This document shows, piece by piece, positions 30,136 to 39,600 of a stretch of DNA of 64,000 nucleotides (position 1 is its first letter; each line of letters starts with the position of its first letter). Both the position numbers and the translations under genes were made by a program. Below the pieces are notes generated by a model, which worked only from the letters and a program-made list of their open reading frames with translations, did no database searches and was not told the DNA's origin. Origin of the DNA: a plasmid; sequence record NZ_CP024426.1; one strand, given 5' to 3'.

Positions 30136-31083
30136 TCAGTTCCGGCCGGCATAGGCGGCCATGGTCTGCGGGCTGACCAGTTCGAACGGCACCATCATCT
30201 GGCGTTCCACCGTTTGCCCGCGCGCCAGGGCCAGGGCCGCGTCCATGGCGCTGGCGGCCTGGCCGGCGGCATTCTGGAACACGGTCACGTCCAGATCGCC
30301 CGCCCCCATCGCGGCAAGCCCGTCGGCGGTGGCGTCGATGCCCACGACCACCACATCCTGCATGGGCGTGCCCGCCGCCTTCAGCGCCTGGATCGCGCCG
30401 ATGGCCATTTCGTCGTTGTTGGCCAGGATCGCGTCGATCGGCCGGCCCGAGGTGATCCAGTTCGTCGTCAGGTCCAGCGCATTGGTGCGCTGCCAGGCGG
30501 CGGGCTGTTCGTCGGCGATGGTCGCGCCCTTGCAATCGCCCGCCGCCAGCGTGTCCTTGGCCGACTGGGTTCGTTCGCGCGTCGCCTCATGCGCCAGATC
30601 GCCCATCAGGATATAGACCTGCGCGCTGTCGGCCTTGCCCTGCGCCTTGAGCAGATCGCAGGCGGCCTTCGCCCCCAGCGCGCCCGATTCCGCCTCGCGC
30701 GAGCCGACATAGGCCTGGGTTTCGGGCAGGCTGTCGATATTGGCCGGCTGCAGGTTCAGATAGACCAGTGGGATGCCCGCCGATTCCGCCGCGGCCGAGA
30801 TGCCGGGCGCGGCCGAGGTGTCGGCCAGCGTCAGAATGATCGCATCGACCCCCAGCGCGATGAAGTTGTTCACCTGGTTCAGCTGCTTGGCCACGTCGGT
30901 CTGGGCGTCCTCGATCTGCAGCGCGACGCCGCCGACCTCGTCCGCGCGCTTTTGCAGGGCCTGGCGCAGCAATGTCTGGAAATTGTTGTCGAAGCTTTGC
31001 ATCGAGACGGCGATGGTTTCCGCCCGCGCTGCGCCAGCCGCCATCAGTGCCGCGACCGAGGCCGCTGCCAGTATCGTTTTCAT
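30136..31083 (-). CDS. Periplasmic sugar-binding protein (ribose/galactose-binding family); orphan with no adjacent permease or ATPase
   Basis: Signal peptide MKTILAAASVAALMAAGAARA; Peripla_BP_1-like sequence; RBS GGAGAAT before the ATG (complement of 31081-31083). Confidence 0.75.
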   Translation of the reverse strand: MKTILAAASVAALMAAGAARAETIAVSMQSFDNNFQTLLRQALQKRADEVGGVALQIEDAQTDVAKQLNQVNNFIALGVDAIILTLADTSAAPGISAAAESAGIPLVYLNLQPANIDSLPETQAYVGSREAESGALGAKAACDLLKAQGKADSAQVYILMGDLAHEATRERTQSAKDTLAAGDCKGATIADEQPAAWQRTNALDLTTNWITSGRPIDAILANNDEMAIGAIQALKAAGTPMQDVVVVGIDATADGLAAMGAGDLDVTVFQNAAGQAASAMDAALALARGQTVERQMMVPFELVSPQTMAAYAGRN

Positions 31084-31182
31084 GCTATTCTCCCTGTCGG
31101 GGTGCCGGTTCACCCCTGTGCGTGCCGGGGCCCGTGACAGTGCTTGGTTCGTGCCGGGCCTTGGTTCGTGGCGCGGCCCGCC

Positions 31183-31503
31183 TTAAAGGGCCACGCGGAT
31201 CTCGCCATTCACGACCTGGACCGGATAGGTCTTGAGGTTCGCGCAGGCCGGCAGGCGCAGCGCCTCGCCCGTGCGATAGTCGAAGGCGCCCGAGTGCTTG
31301 GGGCATTCGACCTCGTAATCCATCACCAGCCCGTCGGCGAGGTGGATCGCCTCGTGCGTGCACAGGCCCGCGGTGCAGTAAACGCTGTCGTCGGGCGCGC
31401 GAAAGATCGCGTAGGTGCGGCCGGCGTGGTCGAAACGGATGGCGCCTTCCTGTTCGATGTCGTCCAGGGTGGCGGCGGTGATCCAGGTCATTGTGTCGGT
31501 CAT
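31183..31503 (-). CDS. Rieske [2Fe-2S] ferredoxin
   Basis: CxH...CxxH cluster ligands (CTHEAIH ... CPKHSGAF); 106 aa; start overlaps the stop of the upstream hydroxylase gene. Confidence 0.85.
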   Translation of the reverse strand: MTDTMTWITAATLDDIEQEGAIRFDHAGRTYAIFRAPDDSVYCTAGLCTHEAIHLADGLVMDYEVECPKHSGAFDYRTGEALRLPACANLKTYPVQVVNGEIRVAL

Positions 31504-32534
31504 TCGGTGGCTCCTTTCGCTTCCGTGCGGGCCTGGCGGGCCGCGATCCGTTCCTTGCGCTTGCGATAGCGCGCCTGCATCCGGGCCTCGCCCTCGGCCG
31601 ATCCGTCGTGCCAGGTGCCGAACCATTTATCCAAGGGGATCAGCGCGTCGCCGTAGTTCACCTCGAAATACTTGTGGTGCAGGTAATGGGCATAGGCGTG
31701 GCTATCGACCAGCTTGTCCTCGCCCACCTCGATCTTGTCGAAGCCGACATGGCCCGGGATGGCGCCGAAGCCCGCGAAGTTCATCTGATAGATCATGATG
31801 ATCGGGTTCGAGGGCAGGATCAGGTGCCAGAAGGCCGTGCCGAAATACAGCAGGTGTTCGACCGGATGCATCGCCAGCGACGACCAGGGCGAGGGGTTGA
31901 CCGAATTGTGGTGGACCGAGTGCACCCATTTATAAAGCCAGGGCGTGTGGATCAGCCGGTGCACGCAGAAGAAATGCACCTCGTGGATCAGCGGTACGGC
32001 CAAGGCCACCAGCGCCAGCGTCCAGGGCCGTTCGGCGAACGACAGCCAGGGGGCGTAGCCGTTGGCATAGGCCCACAGCATCACCGCCTCGACCGCCGTC
32101 CAGATGGTGACGCCCGAAAGGAACGTGCGCAGCATGCTGTCGATCACCTGGCTTTCGAACCAGAACGCCTTGCTTTTCTGCTCGGACGGGAACTTGGCGT
32201 TGTATTTGAAGCGGTTGCCCTGGCGGCGCAGAACGTAAAGGTGCAGTTCGAACGCGCCATAGAACAGGAACACGCAGACCGCGTTCACCGCGTAAAGCCA
32301 AAGCACCCAGCCGAAGCCGATGGTTCGCAGCGTTTCGACCGGCGGGATCACCCAAGCCCAATAGGCCACGGCCGAAAGCGCGAACAGGATGTTCCAGGGA
32401 AAGAAGTAATGCGGCAGCCAATGCAGAATGGCCTTCAGGTCAAAGGGCAGGCGCCAGATCGGGGCAGGCTGGACGGTATCGTTCGGTGTCCAGTCGCCGC
32501 GCTTGTTTCGCTTGCCGAATTGCAGATCGTCCAT
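31500..32534 (-). CDS. Integral-membrane di-iron hydroxylase/desaturase, fatty-acid hydroxylase (sterol desaturase) superfamily
   Basis: Histidine boxes HEVHFFCVHRLIH, HSVHHNS, HAYAHYLHHKYF; multiple TM helices. Confidence 0.8.
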   Translation of the reverse strand: MDDLQFGKRNKRGDWTPNDTVQPAPIWRLPFDLKAILHWLPHYFFPWNILFALSAVAYWAWVIPPVETLRTIGFGWVLWLYAVNAVCVFLFYGAFELHLYVLRRQGNRFKYNAKFPSEQKSKAFWFESQVIDSMLRTFLSGVTIWTAVEAVMLWAYANGYAPWLSFAERPWTLALVALAVPLIHEVHFFCVHRLIHTPWLYKWVHSVHHNSVNPSPWSSLAMHPVEHLLYFGTAFWHLILPSNPIIMIYQMNFAGFGAIPGHVGFDKIEVGEDKLVDSHAYAHYLHHKYFEVNYGDALIPLDKWFGTWHDGSAEGEARMQARYRKRKERIAARQARTEAKGATE

Positions 32535-32635
32535 GACGCGCTCCGAAAGGGGGTGGCGGGACGGGGGCCGTCCTTCTGCGGCAAGATGTAGCAGCGGCGA
32601 AGGGACGCGGCGAAAGGTTCGTTGATCAGATCAGA

Positions 32636-33637
32636 TCAAAGACTTTCGGCGGTGACGGTGACGAACCGGATCGGGCTTTGGTCGGGTTCGATCTGCGTCA
32701 GCCCGGCGCGGCGCAGGACCAGGTCCAGCGCGCGGCGGGCCTGCGCCTCGGGCGCCTGGTCCAGCACCACGTCCATGATCCCGTCCGACAGCGCGGCGCG
32801 GGTATAGTCGGTCAGTTCGTGGCCCACGAAGAACAGCTCGCGCCCGCGCGGGTGGCGGCGCAGCACGTCGATCAGCGCGGCATTGGCGCCGCCGGCGTTA
32901 TAGAGCCCCGCCAGGTCCGGCATTCGCTGCAGGGCGCGATACAGGATGTCGGCGGACAGATCCTCGCGATCCTCGCCAAAGCCGATCAGGTCCAGCGTCA
33001 GCCCCGAGGGATGGGCCTGCATATAGTCCGACAGCCCCCGGATGCGGTCGCGATGGACGCCATAGATCGGATGGCAGATCGCCAGGACCGAGCCCCGGCG
33101 CGGCGCCATGCGCGACAGGAACAGCCCCGCCGTGCGTCCCGCCGCCTGGTTGTCGATGCCCACGAATTCGCCCACCCGATCCGAGGCGCGCGTCACCACA
33201 TGCACGATGGGCAGGCCTTGGCCCGCGACCTGTTCGACCGCCGCGCGCACCACCGGATGGTCAGGCACGGCCAGGATCAGCCCCGCCCGCCGCATCTCGG
33301 CCGACAGGATGCGGTCGGCCACCTCGCGCGGGTTCATCTCGGGGGCAAAGCTGCGGTGGACGACGATCAGCGGGTCAAGCGTCGCCGCGATCCGCTCGAA
33401 GGCGCGCGAGAGCCTGCGATAGAAGGTCGTCTCGGGGCGCACCATCAGGACCTCGATCCGCATCAGGCCGCGATGCGCCTCGGGCAGGATGCGGGCATAG
33501 CCCAGGGCGCGGGCGGCCAGCACGACCTTTTCCATCGTCTCGGGGCGCACCCCGCCGCGCCCGTTCAGCACGCGCTCGACCGTCGCCGTGCCGACGCCGG
33601 CCTTGCGGGCGATGTCGCCGAAGGTGGGCCTTGCCAT
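32636..33637 (-). CDS. LacI-family transcriptional regulator
   Basis: N-terminal HTH MARPTFGDIARKAGVGTATVERVLNGRG followed by a periplasmic-binding-protein-like effector domain; 333 aa. Confidence 0.85.
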   Translation of the reverse strand: MARPTFGDIARKAGVGTATVERVLNGRGGVRPETMEKVVLAARALGYARILPEAHRGLMRIEVLMVRPETTFYRRLSRAFERIAATLDPLIVVHRSFAPEMNPREVADRILSAEMRRAGLILAVPDHPVVRAAVEQVAGQGLPIVHVVTRASDRVGEFVGIDNQAAGRTAGLFLSRMAPRRGSVLAICHPIYGVHRDRIRGLSDYMQAHPSGLTLDLIGFGEDREDLSADILYRALQRMPDLAGLYNAGGANAALIDVLRRHPRGRELFFVGHELTDYTRAALSDGIMDVVLDQAPEAQARRALDLVLRRAGLTQIEPDQSPIRFVTVTAESL

Positions 33638-33760
33638 CTGTTTCCCCCCGCTGTCCCGGCCTGTTCTAGCGCCTTTCGCAGGCGCTGCCAGCGCCATGAA
33701 GCGATTGGCCCGCCCCGCCCTGACGCGGCCACGGAACCCGCCCCCCGCCTTGGCCGTTCG

Positions 33761-34810
33761 ATGCGACAGCAGATGCGGCACATGATGGGCAAACCCGAAA
33801 AAGACGATCCTGCGGCGGGTGCCCTGGTTTATGTCTCGGACAGCGAGCCGGGCATCACGCGGCGCCGCGCGGGCAAGGGCTTCAGCTATCGCGGGCCGGA
33901 CGGCCGGCCCCTGGATCGCGCCGAACTGGCGCGGGTGCGCAGCCTGGGGATCCCGCCCGCCTATACCGACGTCTGGATCTGCCCGCTGCCGAACGGCCAT
34001 CTGCAGGCAACCGGCCGCGATGCGCGCGGGCGCAAGCAATACCGCTATCACCCTGACTGGCAGGCATCGCAGTCGCAGACGAAATATACCCAGCTTGCCG
34101 CCTTCGGCCAGGCGCTGCCCGGACTGCGCCGCCGCCTGCGGCGCGACCTGCAGGGCGAGGTCGGCGACCGCGCCTTCAGCCTGGCGGCGCTGGTCCTGCT
34201 GCTGGACCGCACCTGCCTGCGCGTCGGCAACGAAACCTATACGGCGCAGAACCGGACCTTCGGCGCCTCGACCCTGCAGACGCGGCACCTGCGGCTTAGC
34301 GAGGATGGCTTCCTGCAACTGCGGTTCCGGGCCAAGGGCGGCAAGCTGTGCCGCCAGACGCTGCGGGACAAGCGGCTGAACCGGATCCTTCAGGACATTG
34401 GCGACCTGCCGGGGCGCAACATCTTCACCTATATCGACGACAGCGGTGCGGTTCGACGCCTTCATTCGCAGGATGTGAACGACTATGTCGCCGATGTGGT
34501 CGGCCAGGGGTTCACCGCCAAGACCTTCCGCACCTGGGGGGGAACGCTTGCGGCCTTCGAACTGGCCAGCGGCCTTGCGCCCGACCAGAAGCTGACGATC
34601 CGCATGATGGCCGATGCAGCGGCCGAGCGGCTGTTCAACACGCCGCTGATCTGCCGCAAATCCTATATCCACCCCGCCGTTCTGGGTCTTGCCGAACTGG
34701 CGCCCGAGGCGCGCGTGGACTTGCTTGGCAGCCTTCCCCGCCCCGATCTGGCCGAGCTGCGCAGTTCCGAACGCAGCCTGCTCGGGTTCCTCACCAATCA
34801 GATGGGCTGA
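33761..34810 (+). CDS. DNA topoisomerase IB (poxvirus-type, bacterial TopIB)
   Basis: About 340 aa; TopIB-like sequence (YRGPDGRPL...IPPAYTDVWICP... RKQYRYHPDW ... catalytic region ICRKSYIHP with active-site Tyr). Alternative ATG starts lie at 33773 and 33782. Confidence 0.8.
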   Translation: MRQQMRHMMGKPEKDDPAAGALVYVSDSEPGITRRRAGKGFSYRGPDGRPLDRAELARVRSLGIPPAYTDVWICPLPNGHLQATGRDARGRKQYRYHPDWQASQSQTKYTQLAAFGQALPGLRRRLRRDLQGEVGDRAFSLAALVLLLDRTCLRVGNETYTAQNRTFGASTLQTRHLRLSEDGFLQLRFRAKGGKLCRQTLRDKRLNRILQDIGDLPGRNIFTYIDDSGAVRRLHSQDVNDYVADVVGQGFTAKTFRTWGGTLAAFELASGLAPDQKLTIRMMADAAAERLFNTPLICRKSYIHPAVLGLAELAPEARVDLLGSLPRPDLAELRSSERSLLGFLTNQMG

Positions 34811-34813
34811 GGA

Positions 34814-35080
34814 TCAAGGCGCGCGGCCTTCAAGCCGCTCGGCAATCTGGCGAAAGGTTTCGGCGATGCGCAATTCGGTCGCAAGCCCGTCATCCATGAC
34901 GGCGCCGGGGTCCTCTTGCCCGTCGGAAAAGACCTTGCGGTCCTCCAGCCAGTCCAGGACGGCGCGCAGGCTTTGCTCATCCAGCAGGTCCGGCAGGGCG
35001 GCGACCAGCTTGCCATAGGCGATCAGCTGGCCCTCGGTTGCATGCGGGGGAAGGGGCGGGGTCGCGGGGGGCTTGTCCAT
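34814..35080 (-). CDS. Hypothetical small protein
   Basis: 88 aa from ATG (MDKPPATPP...); an upstream TTG start is possible; no recognisable domain. Confidence 0.35.
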   Translation of the reverse strand: MDKPPATPPLPPHATEGQLIAYGKLVAALPDLLDEQSLRAVLDWLEDRKVFSDGQEDPGAVMDDGLATELRIAETFRQIAERLEGRAP

Positions 35081-35152
35081 GATCCTCTCGAACGGTTGGC
35101 GTCGTGTCTGCAAAACCCGGCCTACCGGGGTGGCGTTCCCGCGACAGCAGGC

Positions 35153-36244
35153 TCAGGGCCGTTCCGGCGGACCGGGGCGGCGCAGGCGCCCGACCAGCAG
35201 CAGTGCCAGCGCGCCGACCAGCACCAGCCCGTGACCGGGCGCGGCCGGCTGGGCAGCCTGGGCAGGGGCAGGCGCGGCGGGCATCGGCGCGGGGTCCTTC
35301 GGCGGCGTGGAGGCGGGGGCGGCCTGATCAAAGACCGAACTGTGCGCGTCTCCGGCGGCGCCGGAATCCTGCCGCTCGATTTCGGAATTCAGCTCTGCCC
35401 CCATCAGCATGGCATAGGCCGAAACCCACAGCCAGGTCAGCAGGATGACCACGCCGCCCAAGGCGCCATAGGTTTCCGTGTAGCTGCCGAAGTAGCGCGC
35501 ATAAAGCGAAAAGCCCACGGTGCCCGCGATCCACAGTGCCGTGCCCAGCACCGCCCCCGGGCTGATCCAGCGCCAGCCGGCCGAGCGCTTGGCCGGCCCG
35601 ATCCGATAGACCAGCGCAAATCCCAGCACCGCGATCCCGGCCAGGATCGGCCAGCGCAGCCACAGCAGACCCGAACCTGCCGCCTGCGTGTCGCCCAGTG
35701 CCGGCAGGACCGGCAGCAGCACGACCACGCCGATGGCCAGCGCCATGCCCACGATCAGCCCCAGCGTCAGGGCGAAGGCCGTCGCGTAAAGCCGGACGAT
35801 GCCACGGGTTTCCTGTTCGCCATAGGCGATGTTGAGCCCCTCGATCAGGGTCAGGATGCTTTTCATCGCGCCATAGACGGCGATGGCAAAGCCCGCCAGC
35901 GCGACGAACCCGGTCGCGGTGTTCTCGCCGCCCGCGACCTTCGTCACCTGGTCGCCGATGATCGCCCCGGCGCTTTCGGGCAGGACGGCGACCAGGTCCG
36001 ACACCTCGCCCGCGACCTCGGCCGGGTCCAGGATCAGCCCCGCGACCGAGATGAAGGCCGCGATCGCCGGAAAGATCGACAGCAGCGTATAGAAGGCGAT
36101 GCCCGCCGCCACGACCCCGATGTGATCCTGCGAGATCTGCTCGCGCAGGCGCGACAGGATCGCCTTCCACCCGGCCAGATCCCGGTGCCAGGCATTGCCG
36201 CCCCCGGCTTTCGATTGCGTTCCCGCCGTGCGTGTCGTTGCCAT
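35153..36244 (-). CDS. YihY/BrkB-family inner-membrane protein
   Basis: YihY signature (GIAFYTLLSIFPA), about 6 TM segments; start MATTRTAG at the complement of 36242-36244. Confidence 0.8.
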   Translation of the reverse strand: MATTRTAGTQSKAGGGNAWHRDLAGWKAILSRLREQISQDHIGVVAAGIAFYTLLSIFPAIAAFISVAGLILDPAEVAGEVSDLVAVLPESAGAIIGDQVTKVAGGENTATGFVALAGFAIAVYGAMKSILTLIEGLNIAYGEQETRGIVRLYATAFALTLGLIVGMALAIGVVVLLPVLPALGDTQAAGSGLLWLRWPILAGIAVLGFALVYRIGPAKRSAGWRWISPGAVLGTALWIAGTVGFSLYARYFGSYTETYGALGGVVILLTWLWVSAYAMLMGAELNSEIERQDSGAAGDAHSSVFDQAAPASTPPKDPAPMPAAPAPAQAAQPAAPGHGLVLVGALALLLVGRLRRPGPPERP

Positions 36245-36433
36245 CGCCTGTCCCCCGCTTCTGGTCCGCCCGGGCAAGGGGCGCGCGGAATTCAACGTCC
36301 ACGCCACCGCCGGAAGTTCCCCGGACCACGCAAGATCCGGTGGAGCCGGGGAAAACCGGCAACAGCCCCCCGTCATCGCTGTTTTCAGCAACGGTTTTTC
36401 GTGCTATGCTGGTGGGGTTGTTAGGAGGTGCGA

Positions 36434-36541
36434 ATGAAACCCCTGGTTCTTTTCCTGACGTTGACCTTTTCCCTGATTGGTGCCCTGGACAGCGGCCCGG
36501 CCCACGCCGGACCTTGCAATCCCAACGTCCAACGCTGCTGA
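36434..36541 (+). CDS. 35-codon secreted peptide precursor: Sec-type signal peptide plus a 10-aa mature peptide GPCNPNVQRC with two cysteines
   Basis: AGGAGG Shine-Dalgarno 5 nt before the ATG; MKPLVLFLTLTFSLIGALDSGPAHA|GPCNPNVQRC has an n/h/c signal-peptide layout with an AHA-G cleavage site; it is followed by a GC-rich hairpin and T-tract (36556-36597). Below the 60-aa ORF-track threshold. Confidence 0.45.
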   Translation: MKPLVLFLTLTFSLIGALDSGPAHAGPCNPNVQRC

Positions 36542-36612
36542 ACGACTCCGGCGCCGACCCCTGGGGCCGGCGCCCGGTTTTCCGTATTTGTTAATCGGTA
36601 TTCGGAGGCCCC

Positions 36613-39600
36613 ATGGCAGACCCATGGCCGGCCGAGGTGCCCGCGTCCCTGTGGACCTTCAACCAGCTTTCCGCCGAAGAGGTGGTGCAGGTCCCCATGA
36701 TGGGCGTCAAATTCGCCTCGGGCTTCTTGTACGCCTTTGCCTTTGGCTGCATTTTCATCGCGGTTTTCGCCTGGCAAAGATTTCGCATCAAGACGGTGGT
36801 GAAATCCCCGTCGCGCGCCCTGACCCAGCTTGGGCCCAATGACCTTGGCGGCCAGGCTGCCCTGATCCGGGCCTATTTCATCTATGCGGGCTCGATCCTG
36901 CTGCTTTATGTCTCGTTGACGTTCTTTGGCAAGCTGCTGGTGCAGATGGCCCGCCTGGTGCCTGCCATCGGCATCGACGCCTATGCAGACAAGCTGCGCT
37001 TCGACAGCCCGCAATGGCCGCTGATGCTGGCATTCGGCTTTGCAGGCCTGGCGCAGATGCTGCCCCCGGTCGCCGCGATCGAAGGCTGGCTGCGGCTGCG
37101 CGCCTATCGCGCGGTGGGCATCCCGGTGCGGCTGGAACAGACCATGCGCAACCTGATCGTGACCCTGGAGCGCGCGGGGCCGAAAGGCGACCTAGAGGAA
37201 TCCCCGCTGGGCAAGGCGCTGTCATGCTATCGCGCGCAATGGGACGGGATAATCAAAGGCCACGCCTGGGCGGGCGCCTGGGCGCGGCGGCGCGCGAGCC
37301 GCGCGCAGGACCTGGTTTCGCTGTTGTCGCAGCTTGAACTGCTGGTGTCCTGGTCCAAAAGCAAGCGCGGCAGCTGGCCGGGACACGAGGTGTCCCAGAC
37401 CGTGCGCGACCTTGAGGAAACCTATGTCCGCGAAAGCGGAGACCTGCTGAACGAATTCCAGCAGCGCATGAGCGAACCGCCCGAGATCGACGACAGGCGC
37501 CTGTCCGGCACCCGCGAGGCCCGGTTGGACGATTATCTTAACACGACGTTCAGCAAAGCCGAAGGCTTGCGCCATGACTTGGTGGGAATCCTTGCGATCT
37601 TTCTGGAACGCGACATCGACAGCCCCGACCGCACTGATGACTTCAAGGATCACAGCTATACGGACCCTGCCCTGCACGCGCTTCTGATCAAGACCGCGCG
37701 GGCGGACAGCGCGGGGACAGGCCCGGAATCGGGGCTGTTCGCCGCCCTGATCGCCGTCTTCGTCCTGTGCGCCGCCGCGGCTTGGCGGGGACTGCAGGAT
37801 CCGGTGGGGCAATATGTCGAGCGGACGAACCTTTACGGGATGCTGATCTCGGCGCTGGTGGAAACGCTGCGCCTGGCTTCCCTGACCTGGCTGCCGCTTC
37901 TTGCCGCATTTTCGCTGCGCCAATACCTGTGGGACAACGGCGACTGGGCCCGCGCGCGCTACAGCACCAAGCCCGATCACTATGCCGGGCAGATCCTAGT
38001 CTGCACGTCGCTTGGCGTTGCGACAGGTGTGCTGGGACTGGTTCTGGTGGCTGCGCTGAAGGCGTTCTTCATTGCCACAAACCGCGAGTATTTTGCCGAA
38101 TTGCTGGCGGGGGGCCCCGCGCCGTTCCTGCTTTACTATCCGACGCAGGCGATCATCCTGCCCGCGCTGATCCCCCTGGCCATCTATTCCGCCGATCTAA
38201 GCAAGACCCCGCACCGCCGGCTGATCTGGGGTGTCGTGGCGGCCCTGGTGATCGGGACGCTATGGCTTGCCCATGCAACCTACTGGAACGGGACCGTCCT
38301 GATCCGCGACTGCGTGTCCGCGACCGCAATTCTGACCGAGGCCTGCGTCCGCCGGATGGACCTGATAAGCCATCTGGCCCTGATGACACTGACCTTTCTG
38401 GCGGTCGGCATCTTTGGCGACCTGCCCGAGCGGCGCCGCGCGAATGTCCGTGAACGCGAGCGGACCGGGACAGGCGTCGAAAGCGCCGCCGGTCTGGCAT
38501 TGCTGGCGATGCTGTTCCCGATGCTGGTCTTGGCGCCAACGTCAGCCCGCGCCGAGCCCGAGCCGGTTCGCATCGGGTTTCGCTTCGACATCGCGCCATT
38601 TTCCTATCGGAATGAAGCAAGCGGCCCGCGCCAGTTCCACGGCTATCTGGCCGATATGTGCTTTGACATCTTCGACGGCTATCCCGCCTACAAGGTCGAG
38701 GCCGTGCCCGTCGGGGCGAAAGACCGCTTCGACATGTTCAACGCGGGTAACGTGGATCTCTTGTGCGACGCCGTTACCATGCGGTTTTCCGAACGCGACC
38801 GATCCGAAAAGGGGATCTATTCACCCATCGTCTTCGTATCGGGCGTGTCCTATCTGGAAACGGGCAACCGCAATGTCGGGGCGGTCGCTCTGGGCTTCGT
38901 GCTGAACGCGACGGCGCGGGACGTTGCGCTCAAGACCTGCCATGTGGACCAGTTTCGGGTCTTCATGCCGGATACGCGGGCGCTGCTGGTGGAACGCTGC
39001 AACCTGCGCTGGCAGGCGGCATTGCTGGCCCAGCGTTTGCTGAACGAACCAAGCATCGTGCAAAGCCCCGCAAGCCAGATCGCGGTCACGCAGGTCGATC
39101 CACGCCGGCGCGCATCCCTTGATGCTGTCATGGAGTCTTGGCGTCGCCTGCACGAGGACTGGGAAACGCTTCACCAAAGGGCCGAAAATCTGAACACGAT
39201 GGTCCAGGACCAGAACATCACGCGGTTGAGCACCGCCACCACGGCACTGATCAAAACCGTGCTGAGTGACGGGAACGGTATCCAGACCTGCCTGGACAGC
39301 CTAGGGAGGAACGCTGCGGTCTGCGCCGAGGCCAGCAAAGCCCTGTCCGACCCGCGTTGCGGCGGGATCGCCGACAAGAACGCCTCTGCCAAGGCACCGG
39401 CCGATGCGAACATCCCCTTTGAGCAGCGCATATGGGACGATTACAGTTTTTGCCCCATGTCCGACCACGGCGCGCTGATCAAGTGGTTCTGCACATCCGG
39501 CAAGGACCTGCGCCGAGTCTATCTGGGCGACCGCGAGCTGATCGTCGCCAAGCGCGACGCCTGGGCGCGCGACATCGGTTCATGCCCGGTGCAGCGGGCC

